From Vicinamibacteria bacterium (GTDB taxonomy: Bacteria > Acidobacteriota > Vicinamibacteria > Marinacidobacterales > Marinacidobacteraceae): a DNA stretch of 64,000 nucleotides. Position 1 is the stretch's first letter, and every line of letters starts with the position of its first letter. The notes under the pieces are model-generated. The model saw only the letters and a program-made list of their open reading frames with translations. It ran no database searches and had not been told where the DNA came from. The translations under genes were made by a program, and so were the position numbers. The stretch lies in contig OZ220470.1 of assembly GCA_965115855.1 (NCBI GenBank), positions 1,854,318-1,918,317 on the forward strand, read 5' to 3'. Below are positions 48,746-58,103 of this stretch, piece by piece.

Positions 48746-49400
48746 CTCCGACGTTCCGGACGCGCGCCACCGGAGGGGGCGGTCATTGCACCGTCTGGTG
48801 TCAGACCTGGATGCCCCGGCTCGCCGGTTCGGGATCCTCCATCGCGACTCCCGGCGCGCCCGCGCCACCTCCCGATGCGCCGTCAATCCGGCGCCCGAGC
48901 CGCACCCTCCGGGCGCCCTGATGTAGCGGCACGATCTTCGTTCTTGTTCCCTGCATCCCGAGTGGCGAAACACGAATACGACTCACGCTGTCAACTCCCG
49001 GCAAGGCAGCCGCCCGGGCGTGTATCTGCGGAGCGAGGGGCGCCGCAATCGGACCTTCACGGTCTCCGGAATCGCACCGCTTCTTGCGCAAGTCAAACGC
49101 CTTTCCGAAAGGCATGGCAGCGTCGCCGCTTCGAGGCGGGCGGCGAGGGATGGCGACCGGGAAGTGGAGAGCTCATGACTCCCGAGCGGTTCCTCCGGGT
49201 GGCTGGATTCCCGACAGGTCCGAAGAGCCGATCGTCAATAACAGGCGGAATTCACGGTCGGGTACATGCTTCAAGGCCATCCGCAGCAGGTTTCCGCACC
49301 GCGGGCAGCGGGGCGCATCCCTCCCACCATGGCGTCGGTACCCGGCGCGTTCCCCGCTCGGCAGTGCGGGGGGGCGGATGGGGTGACCACGATCACGCGG

Positions 49401-49561
49401 ACCGCGAACCCGGTACGCGCCGGGCGCGGAGAACGCCAGGGGGCCGACGACCCCGAAACGACCGCGAACCCGGTACGCGCCGGAGGCGGAGAACGCCAGG
49501 GGGCCGACGACCCCGAACTCGATACACACCGGGCGCGGAGAACGCTAGGGGACCCCCGACG
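49401..49561. repeat. 60-bp tandem repeat (2 full + 1 degenerate partial)
   Basis: accgcgaacccggtacgcgcc... at 49401 and 49461; partial from 49521. Confidence 0.85.
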
Positions 49562-49850
49562 CGCGCCGGGGGGAAGCCCGTGATGGGGAAGGGCACGCCA
49601 CCGTCCCCTGCTCGGTGCTGCGCGCCCGGGACGGGGGCCGTCGGAAGCAGCGGGCGCGTGGAGAATTGACGTCCGAAGGGGAACGGCCGGATGCCCCCGG
49701 GACTTCCCGCCGATCCGGACTCGGGCGACGGCTCCGGTTCTCCGAAGCCGGCGCGCCGGAAACCGGACTCGTTCGCGCCCCGCGGCGCGTCGCCGGAGTC
49801 GCGTTCGCATCCCGCAACAGAGCCCGGTAGGATCGTCCCGCACTCCGCAT

Positions 49851-49866
49851 CACTGGCATGCCAGTG
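49851..49866. promoter_or_regulatory. Perfect 16-bp palindrome, operator-like
   Basis: cactggcatgccagtg, downstream of TAGGAT (49828-49833) and 47 nt before the receptor ATG. Confidence 0.5.
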
Positions 49867-49913
49867 TTCGGAAGTCCCTTTCCTTTTTCATTCCCCCACC
49901 CGAAGGAGGGACC

Positions 49914-52811
49914 ATGAGACGAGCTTTTTTCGCATTCCTGTGCGTTTTGCTTGCCGGGCCGGCGCTCGGCCAGCAGCAGTACGGACGACTCCAGGGGTCG
50001 GCGCTTGACGCCCAGGGGCTTGCCCTGCCGGGAGTGACCGTCACCCTCGCGGGTGACGCGATCATCGGATCGCGAACGGCTGCCACCGACGTGGACGGGT
50101 CGTACCGGTTCCAGGCACTGCCTCCCGGCGACTACACCCTGACGTTCGAACTCAGCGGTTTCCAGACCGTGGTCTTCGAGGAGATCCGCGTGGTCACCGG
50201 CGCCACCTTCGAGGTGGACGCCAACATGCAGATCGCAACGGTGGCCGAAACGATCACGGTGACCGGCGAATCACCGGTCGTGGACGTGAAGTCCACGGGG
50301 GTTGCCGCCACGTTCGATGACACCCAGCTCGACGAAGTTCCGACCGCAACCGACATGTGGGCGGTGCTCCACCAGAGCCCCGGCGTGCGGGTGAAGGGCG
50401 TCGACGTCGGAGGTTCCCACAAGAGCCAGCAGTCCACCTACGAGACGTTCGGCGTCCGCAGCCAGAACCGGGTTCTCTACGAGGGGGTAAACACCACCGA
50501 GGGAACCGGCTCCGCGGGCGGCTATTACGACTACTACGCGATGGAGGAAATGCAAGTTGCGGCGCAGGGAGCGGACGTCGAGATGTCCACTCCGGGAGCG
50601 CAGATCCAGACGACGGTAAAGAGCGGCGGCAATGAGTTCTCCGGCCTCGAGAGCGGCGCCTGGAACCCGGCCGACCTGATCGCCGAGAACATCGACAGCG
50701 ATCTCGAAGCCCGCGGCGGCACTCCCTCGCCGGTGGTCCAGTTCTACGAGTTCCACGTTGACCTCGGCGGCCCGATTGTCCGCGACAAGGCCTGGTTCTA
50801 CGGCGCGTACAACAACTTTTACATCGACACGGTGATCTCCGGCCAGGATCCGAACATCGCCACCGATATCGGCGACTTCGACATCTTCACGGCCAAGGTG
50901 AATTACCAGATCACCGAGCGCGACCAGTTCATCGGGTTCTCGACCTGGTCCTGGAAGCGGAAACCAAACCGGTCGCTCTCGGTACAGATCCCGGCGGAGT
51001 CGGTACTCGCCCAGGACTACTGGATCTGGCTGCACAAGGCCGAGTGGCAACGGGTCTGGAGCGACCGCCTCTACAGCAACGTCATGGTGGGGCACATGGG
51101 AACCACCTGGCCGATGGTGCCGAAGGCGGACCCGATCGACGGCAACGAGCCGCGGATCAATCTCGCCACCAACGTGCGTTCGGGAGCCGGCTGGCAGCCG
51201 TTCACCCGGAACCGGTGGAAGCCGCAGAGCACCGGCCAGTTCAACTACTACGTGCCGCTCGGCGGCAGCAGCCACGACTTCAAGTTCGGCTGGGACTGGC
51301 AGATCGACTCCGAGATGTCCGGGTGGAACACGAACTCCGGCGCCATCCGGTACCGGGACGACCCGTCGCAGGGCCGGCCCCGCAACGTGCATCAGGTGGA
51401 TGTGTTCGGGGTTCCCAACCTGGTGGACAACCGGAATCAGCACGTGGACTTCTTCGCCCAGGACGTCTGGACGGTCAACGACCGCCTGACGCTGATGGCC
51501 GGTTTCCGCGTGGGCAGCCAGATACTGGCCTACCTCGAATCCGACAACTCGCCGGGAAGCGCGTGCCAGGACGCCTTGGCCTGTCAATTCGAATTGCCGC
51601 AGAATCAGACCCAGATACTGCAGCAGGTCTTCGGAACCGGGGGCGTGACCCCGGGAGATACGGTGTTCACGCACTGGAACGTCGCCCCCCGGGTCGGGCT
51701 CACCTACGACCTCACCGGCGAGGGTTCCACGGTCTTCAAGACCTACTTCGGGCGGTACTACTCGAACGTCGGCACCGGACTCGGCACGGCGAATCCCGGC
51801 GGACAGCCCGACGCCCGCTACGAATTCCTCGACCAGAACGAGAACGGGGTACTGGACAATTTTTCCGAGCTCGGCCAGCAGCTCTCCTTCACGGCGGGCG
51901 CCGGATCAGGAAATACCACTCCGATCGATCCGAATTGGACCCTTCCGTATGCCGACGAGGTCAGCGCCGCGTTGGAACACGAGCTCACCACCGACCTCGG
52001 AATGCGTGCCTCCTATGTGTACAAGCGGATGCGGAACACCTGGAGCCGCTACGACCAGGTGGACGCGCTGAACCGGAACACGCCGATCACGATCCCCACG
52101 TGCGATGGCTGCCCTGCCGGGTACGAACGGTCGTTCAACCTTCTCCTCTATCCCGAGGAGATGGTGGGCAAGAACGACAACCTGACCACCAACCATCCCG
52201 CCGGCGAGAGCGACATGGATTTTCACACTGTCTCGCTCGGGATCAACAAGCGGTTCCGGAACAACCTCTTCTACAACGTCTATTTCGACTACCAGTGGCG
52301 TTCGGAGCCTCGCAGCCCTCAAAGTTCCGCAACAGCCTGGGATGCGACCAGTCCGTTGAGTTCGGATCCCACCGCCCAGGGTTGGTTCATCAACTATGAC
52401 CAGGACATTCCGACGGTCCAGGAAACATCGACGTACCAGTTGAAGGCGGCGGCCCGCTACGTACTCCCACACGAGATCGGCCTCGCCGGCACGTACCGCT
52501 ACATCAGTGGCTGGAACTACGCGCCCATCCATCGGAACACCGTCTATGACGGTCGGGTTGAGGTGTATTCCTGGCTCGGGTTGATGAACGAGAATCGTTC
52601 GGACAACGTCACGATGATCGACTTGCGGGCCGACAAATCGTTCGCACTCAGCGACAGAATGAACTTCCAACTGATCGTGGACGTCTTCAACGCCTTGAAT
52701 GCAAACACCATCGTGAACTTCCAGCTGATCGACTCGGTGGATCCCTATCAACGGGTGGTCGAATACCTGAAGGGGCGAACCATCGGGTTTTCCGGGAGGT
52801 TGACCTTCTGA
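49914..52811 (+). CDS. TonB-dependent receptor with carboxypeptidase-regulatory-like N-domain (Oar-like)
   Basis: Signal peptide, G.L.G...D.QG..LPGV, ETITVTGESP, plug and barrel, C-terminal F; GGAGG SD. Confidence 0.93.
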   Translation: MRRAFFAFLCVLLAGPALGQQQYGRLQGSALDAQGLALPGVTVTLAGDAIIGSRTAATDVDGSYRFQALPPGDYTLTFELSGFQTVVFEEIRVVTGATFEVDANMQIATVAETITVTGESPVVDVKSTGVAATFDDTQLDEVPTATDMWAVLHQSPGVRVKGVDVGGSHKSQQSTYETFGVRSQNRVLYEGVNTTEGTGSAGGYYDYYAMEEMQVAAQGADVEMSTPGAQIQTTVKSGGNEFSGLESGAWNPADLIAENIDSDLEARGGTPSPVVQFYEFHVDLGGPIVRDKAWFYGAYNNFYIDTVISGQDPNIATDIGDFDIFTAKVNYQITERDQFIGFSTWSWKRKPNRSLSVQIPAESVLAQDYWIWLHKAEWQRVWSDRLYSNVMVGHMGTTWPMVPKADPIDGNEPRINLATNVRSGAGWQPFTRNRWKPQSTGQFNYYVPLGGSSHDFKFGWDWQIDSEMSGWNTNSGAIRYRDDPSQGRPRNVHQVDVFGVPNLVDNRNQHVDFFAQDVWTVNDRLTLMAGFRVGSQILAYLESDNSPGSACQDALACQFELPQNQTQILQQVFGTGGVTPGDTVFTHWNVAPRVGLTYDLTGEGSTVFKTYFGRYYSNVGTGLGTANPGGQPDARYEFLDQNENGVLDNFSELGQQLSFTAGAGSGNTTPIDPNWTLPYADEVSAALEHELTTDLGMRASYVYKRMRNTWSRYDQVDALNRNTPITIPTCDGCPAGYERSFNLLLYPEEMVGKNDNLTTNHPAGESDMDFHTVSLGINKRFRNNLFYNVYFDYQWRSEPRSPQSSATAWDATSPLSSDPTAQGWFINYDQDIPTVQETSTYQLKAAARYVLPHEIGLAGTYRYISGWNYAPIHRNTVYDGRVEVYSWLGLMNENRSDNVTMIDLRADKSFALSDRMNFQLIVDVFNALNANTIVNFQLIDSVDPYQRVVEYLKGRTIGFSGRLTF

Positions 52812-52852
52812 CCTGACAGAAGGCCAACCAACCGGTTCGGCCGGAACAGCAC

Positions 52853-52891
52853 GGCCCGCCGGCCTCACCCCGAGACCGGCGGGCCTTTTTT
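52853..52891 (+). terminator. Intrinsic terminator
   Basis: ggcccgccgg/ccggcgggcc 10-bp stem + TTTTTT. Confidence 0.85.
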
Positions 52892-53107
52892 GTCGTAGAG
52901 ACTGCCTTTTCGATTTCGTTGCGGTTTCCGGCAGCTTCTCCCCTCGCTACCTGCGCAGGCTGCGAACGCCTCGGGGAGGCGTGCATCATGCGCGTAGCAG
53001 CGGAAGACGTCGATCCTGATCGGGAAGCAGCGGAGCTTGGCCGGTTCCGACGATGAAATCCCCTGCCGGGGCGCGGGTCCTGATTTTCCCCCTTGGCAAG
53101 GAGGGGA

Positions 53108-54223
53108 CTACGGCGCGGGGGCGTGCCTCGCGACGTAATCCATGAGGCTCGGGATGCCGGGCTCCCAGCCCGGAGCGGAACTCGTCCTCCAGATGAACCC
53201 GAGGTCGGAGAGGACCCCTTCCGCCCTATCAACTTCCGGAGCGTCCGGGGAATCGTCGCATCCCCGGGCGACGGCCCGGGTCAGGGCCTCGTCGGTCAGG
53301 AATTCACCACCGGCGAAGGCCTCGGCCACCGACCGGCCGGTTGCGAGCAGTCCCTGTTTCCTCAGCTCGTCGTACCGTTGCCGGTAGTAATGGCCCCTGA
53401 TTTTATCGAACATGGCCCCTGCCGCTTCGAGCACAGCGGTCGTGACCCGGCCCGGGGCACGGGCGGAGCTCCAGGCCGCCTCCCCCAGCAGCTGGATGAA
53501 ATACGGATAGCCGTGCGTCTGCCGGACAACTTCGGGCAACACGGTGTCCTCCACCGGAACGCCCGCCTCCTCGAACGGGCGCCGGAATGCTTCACCGGTG
53601 GCGCCGGCGTCGAGTCTCCCGATCCGTATCTGGCGCGAGCGGCTCCAGAACGACGCTTCCATCCGACCCAGACGCTCCTCGACCTGGGGTGTCCCGGCGA
53701 GCACCATCAGAAACGGGGTTCGCTCCCGGACCCACTGGCTCGCCTGAAGCAGCGCCCGGCCCACGTCCGGGGCGAGCGTATGCGCCTCGTCCACCAGAAG
53801 GAGAAGGGGCGCCTTCCCGGCTCGCACCCGGAGCGTCGCCGAGGCGGGAGACGGTCCGGCCCCTTCGGTTCGGGCTTCCCACGACACGCCCCCCAGCCCC
53901 AATCCACGCGGCACGAACCGGCGCCACCAGCGGCGCGGACGCAGCAATTCCGCCAGATGTTCCCGGTCCCGCACCTCGCCGGGCAGAAGCGCCATCGCCT
54001 CGACGCCCGAAGCTGTCGCCTGCTTCTCCAGCCAGCGCAGGAGCACCGTCTTGCCGTTGCCGCGCGGCCCGTACAGGATGACTTCGCCGGAAAGCGGCGC
54101 CCGTTCGCGCAGGCGGTGCAGCAGATTCCCGAGCAGGGCCTGTTCCGGCTCCCGGCCGGCGAGATACGGGGGCATGCCTCCCGGGCCCGGTTGAAACGGC
54201 CCCAGTGCGTCCCGCGGGGTCAT
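53108..54223 (-). CDS. AAA/STAND-like P-loop ATPase (AAA_16-like)
   Basis: PPYLAGRE, GPRGNGKT, LLLVDEAH, LAGTP, T.GYPYFIQL. Confidence 0.8.
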   Translation of the reverse strand: MTPRDALGPFQPGPGGMPPYLAGREPEQALLGNLLHRLRERAPLSGEVILYGPRGNGKTVLLRWLEKQATASGVEAMALLPGEVRDREHLAELLRPRRWWRRFVPRGLGLGGVSWEARTEGAGPSPASATLRVRAGKAPLLLLVDEAHTLAPDVGRALLQASQWVRERTPFLMVLAGTPQVEERLGRMEASFWSRSRQIRIGRLDAGATGEAFRRPFEEAGVPVEDTVLPEVVRQTHGYPYFIQLLGEAAWSSARAPGRVTTAVLEAAGAMFDKIRGHYYRQRYDELRKQGLLATGRSVAEAFAGGEFLTDEALTRAVARGCDDSPDAPEVDRAEGVLSDLGFIWRTSSAPGWEPGIPSLMDYVARHAPAP

Positions 54224-54245
54224 TCCCGCAGTCTATGCGGTCCGG

Positions 54246-55055
54246 TCAGCGGCGTTCCGGAACCTCCACCTTCCCCCGGACGTCGGACCAGGAGATCCGG
54301 CGGCGCCGGCCGCGCTCGACGGTGAAATTGCCTTCCACATCACGGACCTCGACGCCGCCCGAACCCGGATCGCCGATCCGCACATCGCCGCCCACCGCCA
54401 CGATCTCGATGCTCCCGGAGCCTTCGTCGCCGACCGCCACATCCCCGCCGACGTCACGCACGGTTACGGAGCCGCTTCCGTCCTCGACCTCCACGCTGCC
54501 GGTCACATTCCGAATGGAAAGGCTGCCGGAGCCGTCGTCCACCAGCACATCGCCCTCGACGCCGTCGATGCGGAGACCACCCGAACCATCTTCCACCGTG
54601 ACGCCGCCAGCCGCGTTGCGGATACGAAGGCTGCCGGAGCCGTCCTCGACCACGACAGCACCGACCCCCTCGATGACCGTGCTCCCGGAACTGTCATCCA
54701 GATCGATCCCGGTCCCCTCCGGCACCCGCACGTCAACGGCGATCCGGGCGTAGCGGTTCCGACCCCAGGACCGGTCGGGCGCCGGATACCGGGTGCGGAG
54801 TTCCCCATTTTCCAAGGTGACATCGAGAGCGTCGAATCGTTCGCGGTCCGACGCGCACAGCGTGGCGGTCACCCGGATTTCCCCGAGTCCCGGCTCCCCG
54901 ACGATCTTGACCGCGCCGGCGCCGCTTTCCACCCGAAGGACTTCGCTGGCGGGCGCGTTCCGTTCCCGCACTTCCTCGAATTCGCATCGGGATCCCTCCC
55001 GGGGAAGCGAAACGGCGGCCATCCCGGCCAGCAACAACAGGGTGACGGTGATCAT
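54246..55055 (-). CDS. Exported beta-strand repeat protein (DUF4097/adhesin-like)
   Basis: Signal peptide then repeated V.V.DGSG.L.I..V.G units. Confidence 0.8.
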   Translation of the reverse strand: MITVTLLLLAGMAAVSLPREGSRCEFEEVRERNAPASEVLRVESGAGAVKIVGEPGLGEIRVTATLCASDRERFDALDVTLENGELRTRYPAPDRSWGRNRYARIAVDVRVPEGTGIDLDDSSGSTVIEGVGAVVVEDGSGSLRIRNAAGGVTVEDGSGGLRIDGVEGDVLVDDGSGSLSIRNVTGSVEVEDGSGSVTVRDVGGDVAVGDEGSGSIEIVAVGGDVRIGDPGSGGVEVRDVEGNFTVERGRRRRISWSDVRGKVEVPERR

Positions 55056-55141
55056 GGTGGCTCTCCCCGACGCGGTACGGGCCACGTCTTCCAAGGGGAA
55101 CGAAATCGATGGCGGTGCGGTTCCGGGGATAAGGTTCGGGG

Positions 55142-57049
55142 ATGCCCCGCCGGCTGCCTTCCGTCCTGTTTGCGGGAGTCCTCGCCGGCTGCGCGGCGTC
55201 GCCGGAACCGGCCGACGCGCCGGCGACCGACACGCCGACGGCCATCCCCCCGCTCCACCCGCTCGCCGACCCGGCCGAGGCGGTGGGCGCCGCCCTCTGT
55301 GCCGCCTGCCACGCGGAGATCGCCGGCGCCCAGGCCGCGCATCCGATGGCGCTGACCGCCGCCGCGATCCCCGGCGACGCGCGGGACATCTGGTTCTCGG
55401 AAGGGATGCTGGCGGAGGCGAGGCACTGGCCGGATGACCTGCATCCGGCGCCGTCCTGGGAACTCGACGACGGGATGGTCCGCCTGCGAGCCGGCGAAGC
55501 CGCCGCCGAGGTTCACGCGGTGTTCGGGTCCGGCCTTCGGGGCATCACACCGGTCTCCTTCGCTCCGAATGGACGTCTTCGGGAGTTGCGCCTCTCCTTC
55601 TCCCGGGCGCGGGGCGGGTGGATTCCCACTCCGGGAACCGAGGACGACGCGGATCCCCTGGGCGATCCGGATACGCCGGAAGAGGCCGGAACGTGTCTCG
55701 GATGCCACACCACGGCACTCGCCTGGGACGGCGACGGGCAGTTCGACCCGCATCGGGCGGTGCTCGGGGTGACCTGCGAACGCTGTCACGGCTCCGGGAT
55801 TCCCCATCTCGAAGCGCAGTCGGAGGGCGGCGATCCGGGACCCGTCTTCAATCCGGCCGTCCTGAACCCGGCGGCGGAGGTCGCGTTCTGCGGGCAATGC
55901 CATCGGCAGCCCACCGACTTCGAACCCCGCGAAATCCTGGCCCGGGATGCGGGGCTGGTCCGGCACAGCGGCGGCAGCCTGATGATGAGCGCCTGTTTCC
56001 GGAAAACGCCACCAGCTTCGACCATCGCCTGCACCGAATGCCACGACCCGCACCGGGCCGAGCCGGTCGCTCCGGAGCGCACCCGGGCCGTCTGCTCCCG
56101 GTGCCATCAGGATCCGGCGACCGCCCATCGCACGACCGCGGTGGCGGCGGACGCCGACTGCGCCGGTTGTCACCTGCCGACCGAACAGCGGGCCTTTGCC
56201 GGAACCCCGTTCACGAACCACTGGATCCGGCTCTCCGACGACCCGCCGGCCCCCGGCTCGGCGCTCGCCCGGGAAGAACTGGAATGGCTCGAATCGCTCT
56301 TCCGGCGCCGGGTGGGGGAATCGCACCCGCCGTTCAAGGCCGCCCGCCTGCGTCTCGCACTCGCGGAACTCCTCCACATCAGGGGGAGCCGGGCCGAATC
56401 CCGCCGTTTGATGGACGAGGCGCTGGAGATCGGTCCCGACTACGAGGGCCGGCTCAAGACCGCAGCGCTGCTACGGGACGGAGGAGCGAACACCGCCGCG
56501 ATCCGCATCCTCCGGGACGCCATCGCCGCGGATCCGGCAATTCCGCACGCCTGGTACGAACTCGGGGATCTCCTGGCATCCACCGGCGCCCACGCCGAGG
56601 CCATCCCGCTTCTCCGACAGGCCATCGAACGAAGCACCGCGTCGGCCGGCCTCCACGCCACGCTCGGCGCCGCATTGCTGGGAGCGGGGCGTCCGGTCGA
56701 GGCGATCGCTGCCCTCGACGACGCGTTGCGGCTGGATCCCGGGCACGCGGAGGCGCTCGGACGACTCGCCGGAATCCTGGCCGCCCACCCCGAGCGCCGC
56801 GTCCGGGATCCGGAGAGAGCGGTGCGGCTCGCCCGACGCCTTGCCGCCGGCCTTTCGCTCGCCGAGCCCCGATCGCTGGATCTTCTCGGGGCCGCATTCG
56901 CAGCTGTCGGGGACTTCCGACGGGCGACCGCCGCCGCCGAGGAGGCGTTGCGGCTCGCCGGTCCCGACCCGGCACTCGCCGCCGGGATCGCAAACCGGCT
57001 CGCCCTCTACCGCTCGGGCCGTCCGTTCGTGGGGCGCATCCCGCGCTGA
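55142..57049 (+). CDS. Multiheme cytochrome c (7 CxxCH) - TPR lipoprotein
   Basis: LAGC lipobox; CAACH, CLGCH, CERCH, CGQCH, CTECH, CSRCH, CAGCH; C-terminal TPRs. Confidence 0.88.
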   Translation: MPRRLPSVLFAGVLAGCAASPEPADAPATDTPTAIPPLHPLADPAEAVGAALCAACHAEIAGAQAAHPMALTAAAIPGDARDIWFSEGMLAEARHWPDDLHPAPSWELDDGMVRLRAGEAAAEVHAVFGSGLRGITPVSFAPNGRLRELRLSFSRARGGWIPTPGTEDDADPLGDPDTPEEAGTCLGCHTTALAWDGDGQFDPHRAVLGVTCERCHGSGIPHLEAQSEGGDPGPVFNPAVLNPAAEVAFCGQCHRQPTDFEPREILARDAGLVRHSGGSLMMSACFRKTPPASTIACTECHDPHRAEPVAPERTRAVCSRCHQDPATAHRTTAVAADADCAGCHLPTEQRAFAGTPFTNHWIRLSDDPPAPGSALAREELEWLESLFRRRVGESHPPFKAARLRLALAELLHIRGSRAESRRLMDEALEIGPDYEGRLKTAALLRDGGANTAAIRILRDAIAADPAIPHAWYELGDLLASTGAHAEAIPLLRQAIERSTASAGLHATLGAALLGAGRPVEAIAALDDALRLDPGHAEALGRLAGILAAHPERRVRDPERAVRLARRLAAGLSLAEPRSLDLLGAAFAAVGDFRRATAAAEEALRLAGPDPALAAGIANRLALYRSGRPFVGRIPR

Positions 57050-57070
57050 CCGGTAGAATCCGCGGTTCAC

Positions 57071-57838
57071 GTGATCCTCCGGCTTCAACACATCGGCACA
57101 ACCTACGCGAACCATGCAAGCGCGGCGGCGCGCCTCGAGCGCGTGGGGCTCGAGCCCGCCGAATTGCGTACCGACCAGGGCCGCGGTTTCCAGCACGACT
57201 CCCGCACACTGCTCGGCAACGAGTGCTGGCTGCATGTGGTCCACAACTGGAACCCGGAAGCCCGGGTCTGCCGCCACCTCGCCGAAAGCGGGGAAGGTCT
57301 CGAGCACATTGCGATCGAGACGGACGACATCGAGGCGGCAGTCGCCCGGGTGCGTGAGAGCGCGCCGATCTGGGAAGACCGGATCCTGCGGGCGGCGGAC
57401 GGCTTCGAGGCGTTCGTCTATCCGGATGACGCCTGCGGGTTCACGGTGGAACTGATCCAGCCCCACCCGACAAGCTGGAATTGGCCGGACCCGCCTCCCG
57501 AACGGGTCAGCCCACTGCTGGAACTCCGGCGGCTTGCCGAAGTGGTGGCGGGGACACCCGACCCCCGGGCAGCCGGAGCACGGTTTCACCAGCTTTTCGA
57601 CCTTGCGCCCGAAGCCGACGGCGGGGATGTACTCGTCCCGTTCCGGAACGATTGCCAGCTCCGTTTCCGGCACGGGGCGCCGGGCCTCCACACCCTGGTG
57701 TTCGAAAGCGCCGATCCGGAGTCCGATCGCCGGGTTCTCGCTGCCCGCATGCCGACCCTGATCGGCGAGGGACCTGAAGTGCGCGTCGTGCCGGAAGCGG
57801 TGGGTTTCGGGATCGTGATCCGCGGTCCGGAGCGGTGA
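57071..57838 (+). CDS. VOC/glyoxalase family protein (methylmalonyl-CoA epimerase-like)
   Basis: LQHIG, GEGLEHIAIETDDIE, TVELIQP. Confidence 0.8.
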   Translation: MILRLQHIGTTYANHASAAARLERVGLEPAELRTDQGRGFQHDSRTLLGNECWLHVVHNWNPEARVCRHLAESGEGLEHIAIETDDIEAAVARVRESAPIWEDRILRAADGFEAFVYPDDACGFTVELIQPHPTSWNWPDPPPERVSPLLELRRLAEVVAGTPDPRAAGARFHQLFDLAPEADGGDVLVPFRNDCQLRFRHGAPGLHTLVFESADPESDRRVLAARMPTLIGEGPEVRVVPEAVGFGIVIRGPER

Positions 57839-57867
57839 ATCCGCCCCGGCGGGACCGGAATTGGCGT

Positions 57868-57896
57868 TTGACAGGCGCTACGAAATTCAAGATACT
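57868..57896 (+). promoter_or_regulatory. Sigma70-type promoter for second TonB receptor
   Basis: TTGACA-N17-GATACT. Confidence 0.55.
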
Positions 57897-58103
57897 CGCG
57901 CGCTCGGCTTCGGAAACTTGAACCGGTAGGCTGCCCGTTTCCGGCGGGTCGCCATGCTGGTATTTCGGAAGCTGTTTTGTTTCTCCAAGTTAAGCGGAGC
58001 GAAAGGCCACGTGGAATTCAACTCTCCACCGTGGCCCACCTGTTGCGTTTAACAGGGGAACTTCCATTTCCATGCTTCCGATCCCCAAGGAGGACCAAGC
58101 AGC

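Noticed and set aside
48955-49010. gagtggcgaaac, reminiscent of a tRNA-Leu D-arm
   Set aside because: No T-arm (GTTCRA), anticodon arm or acceptor stem follows.
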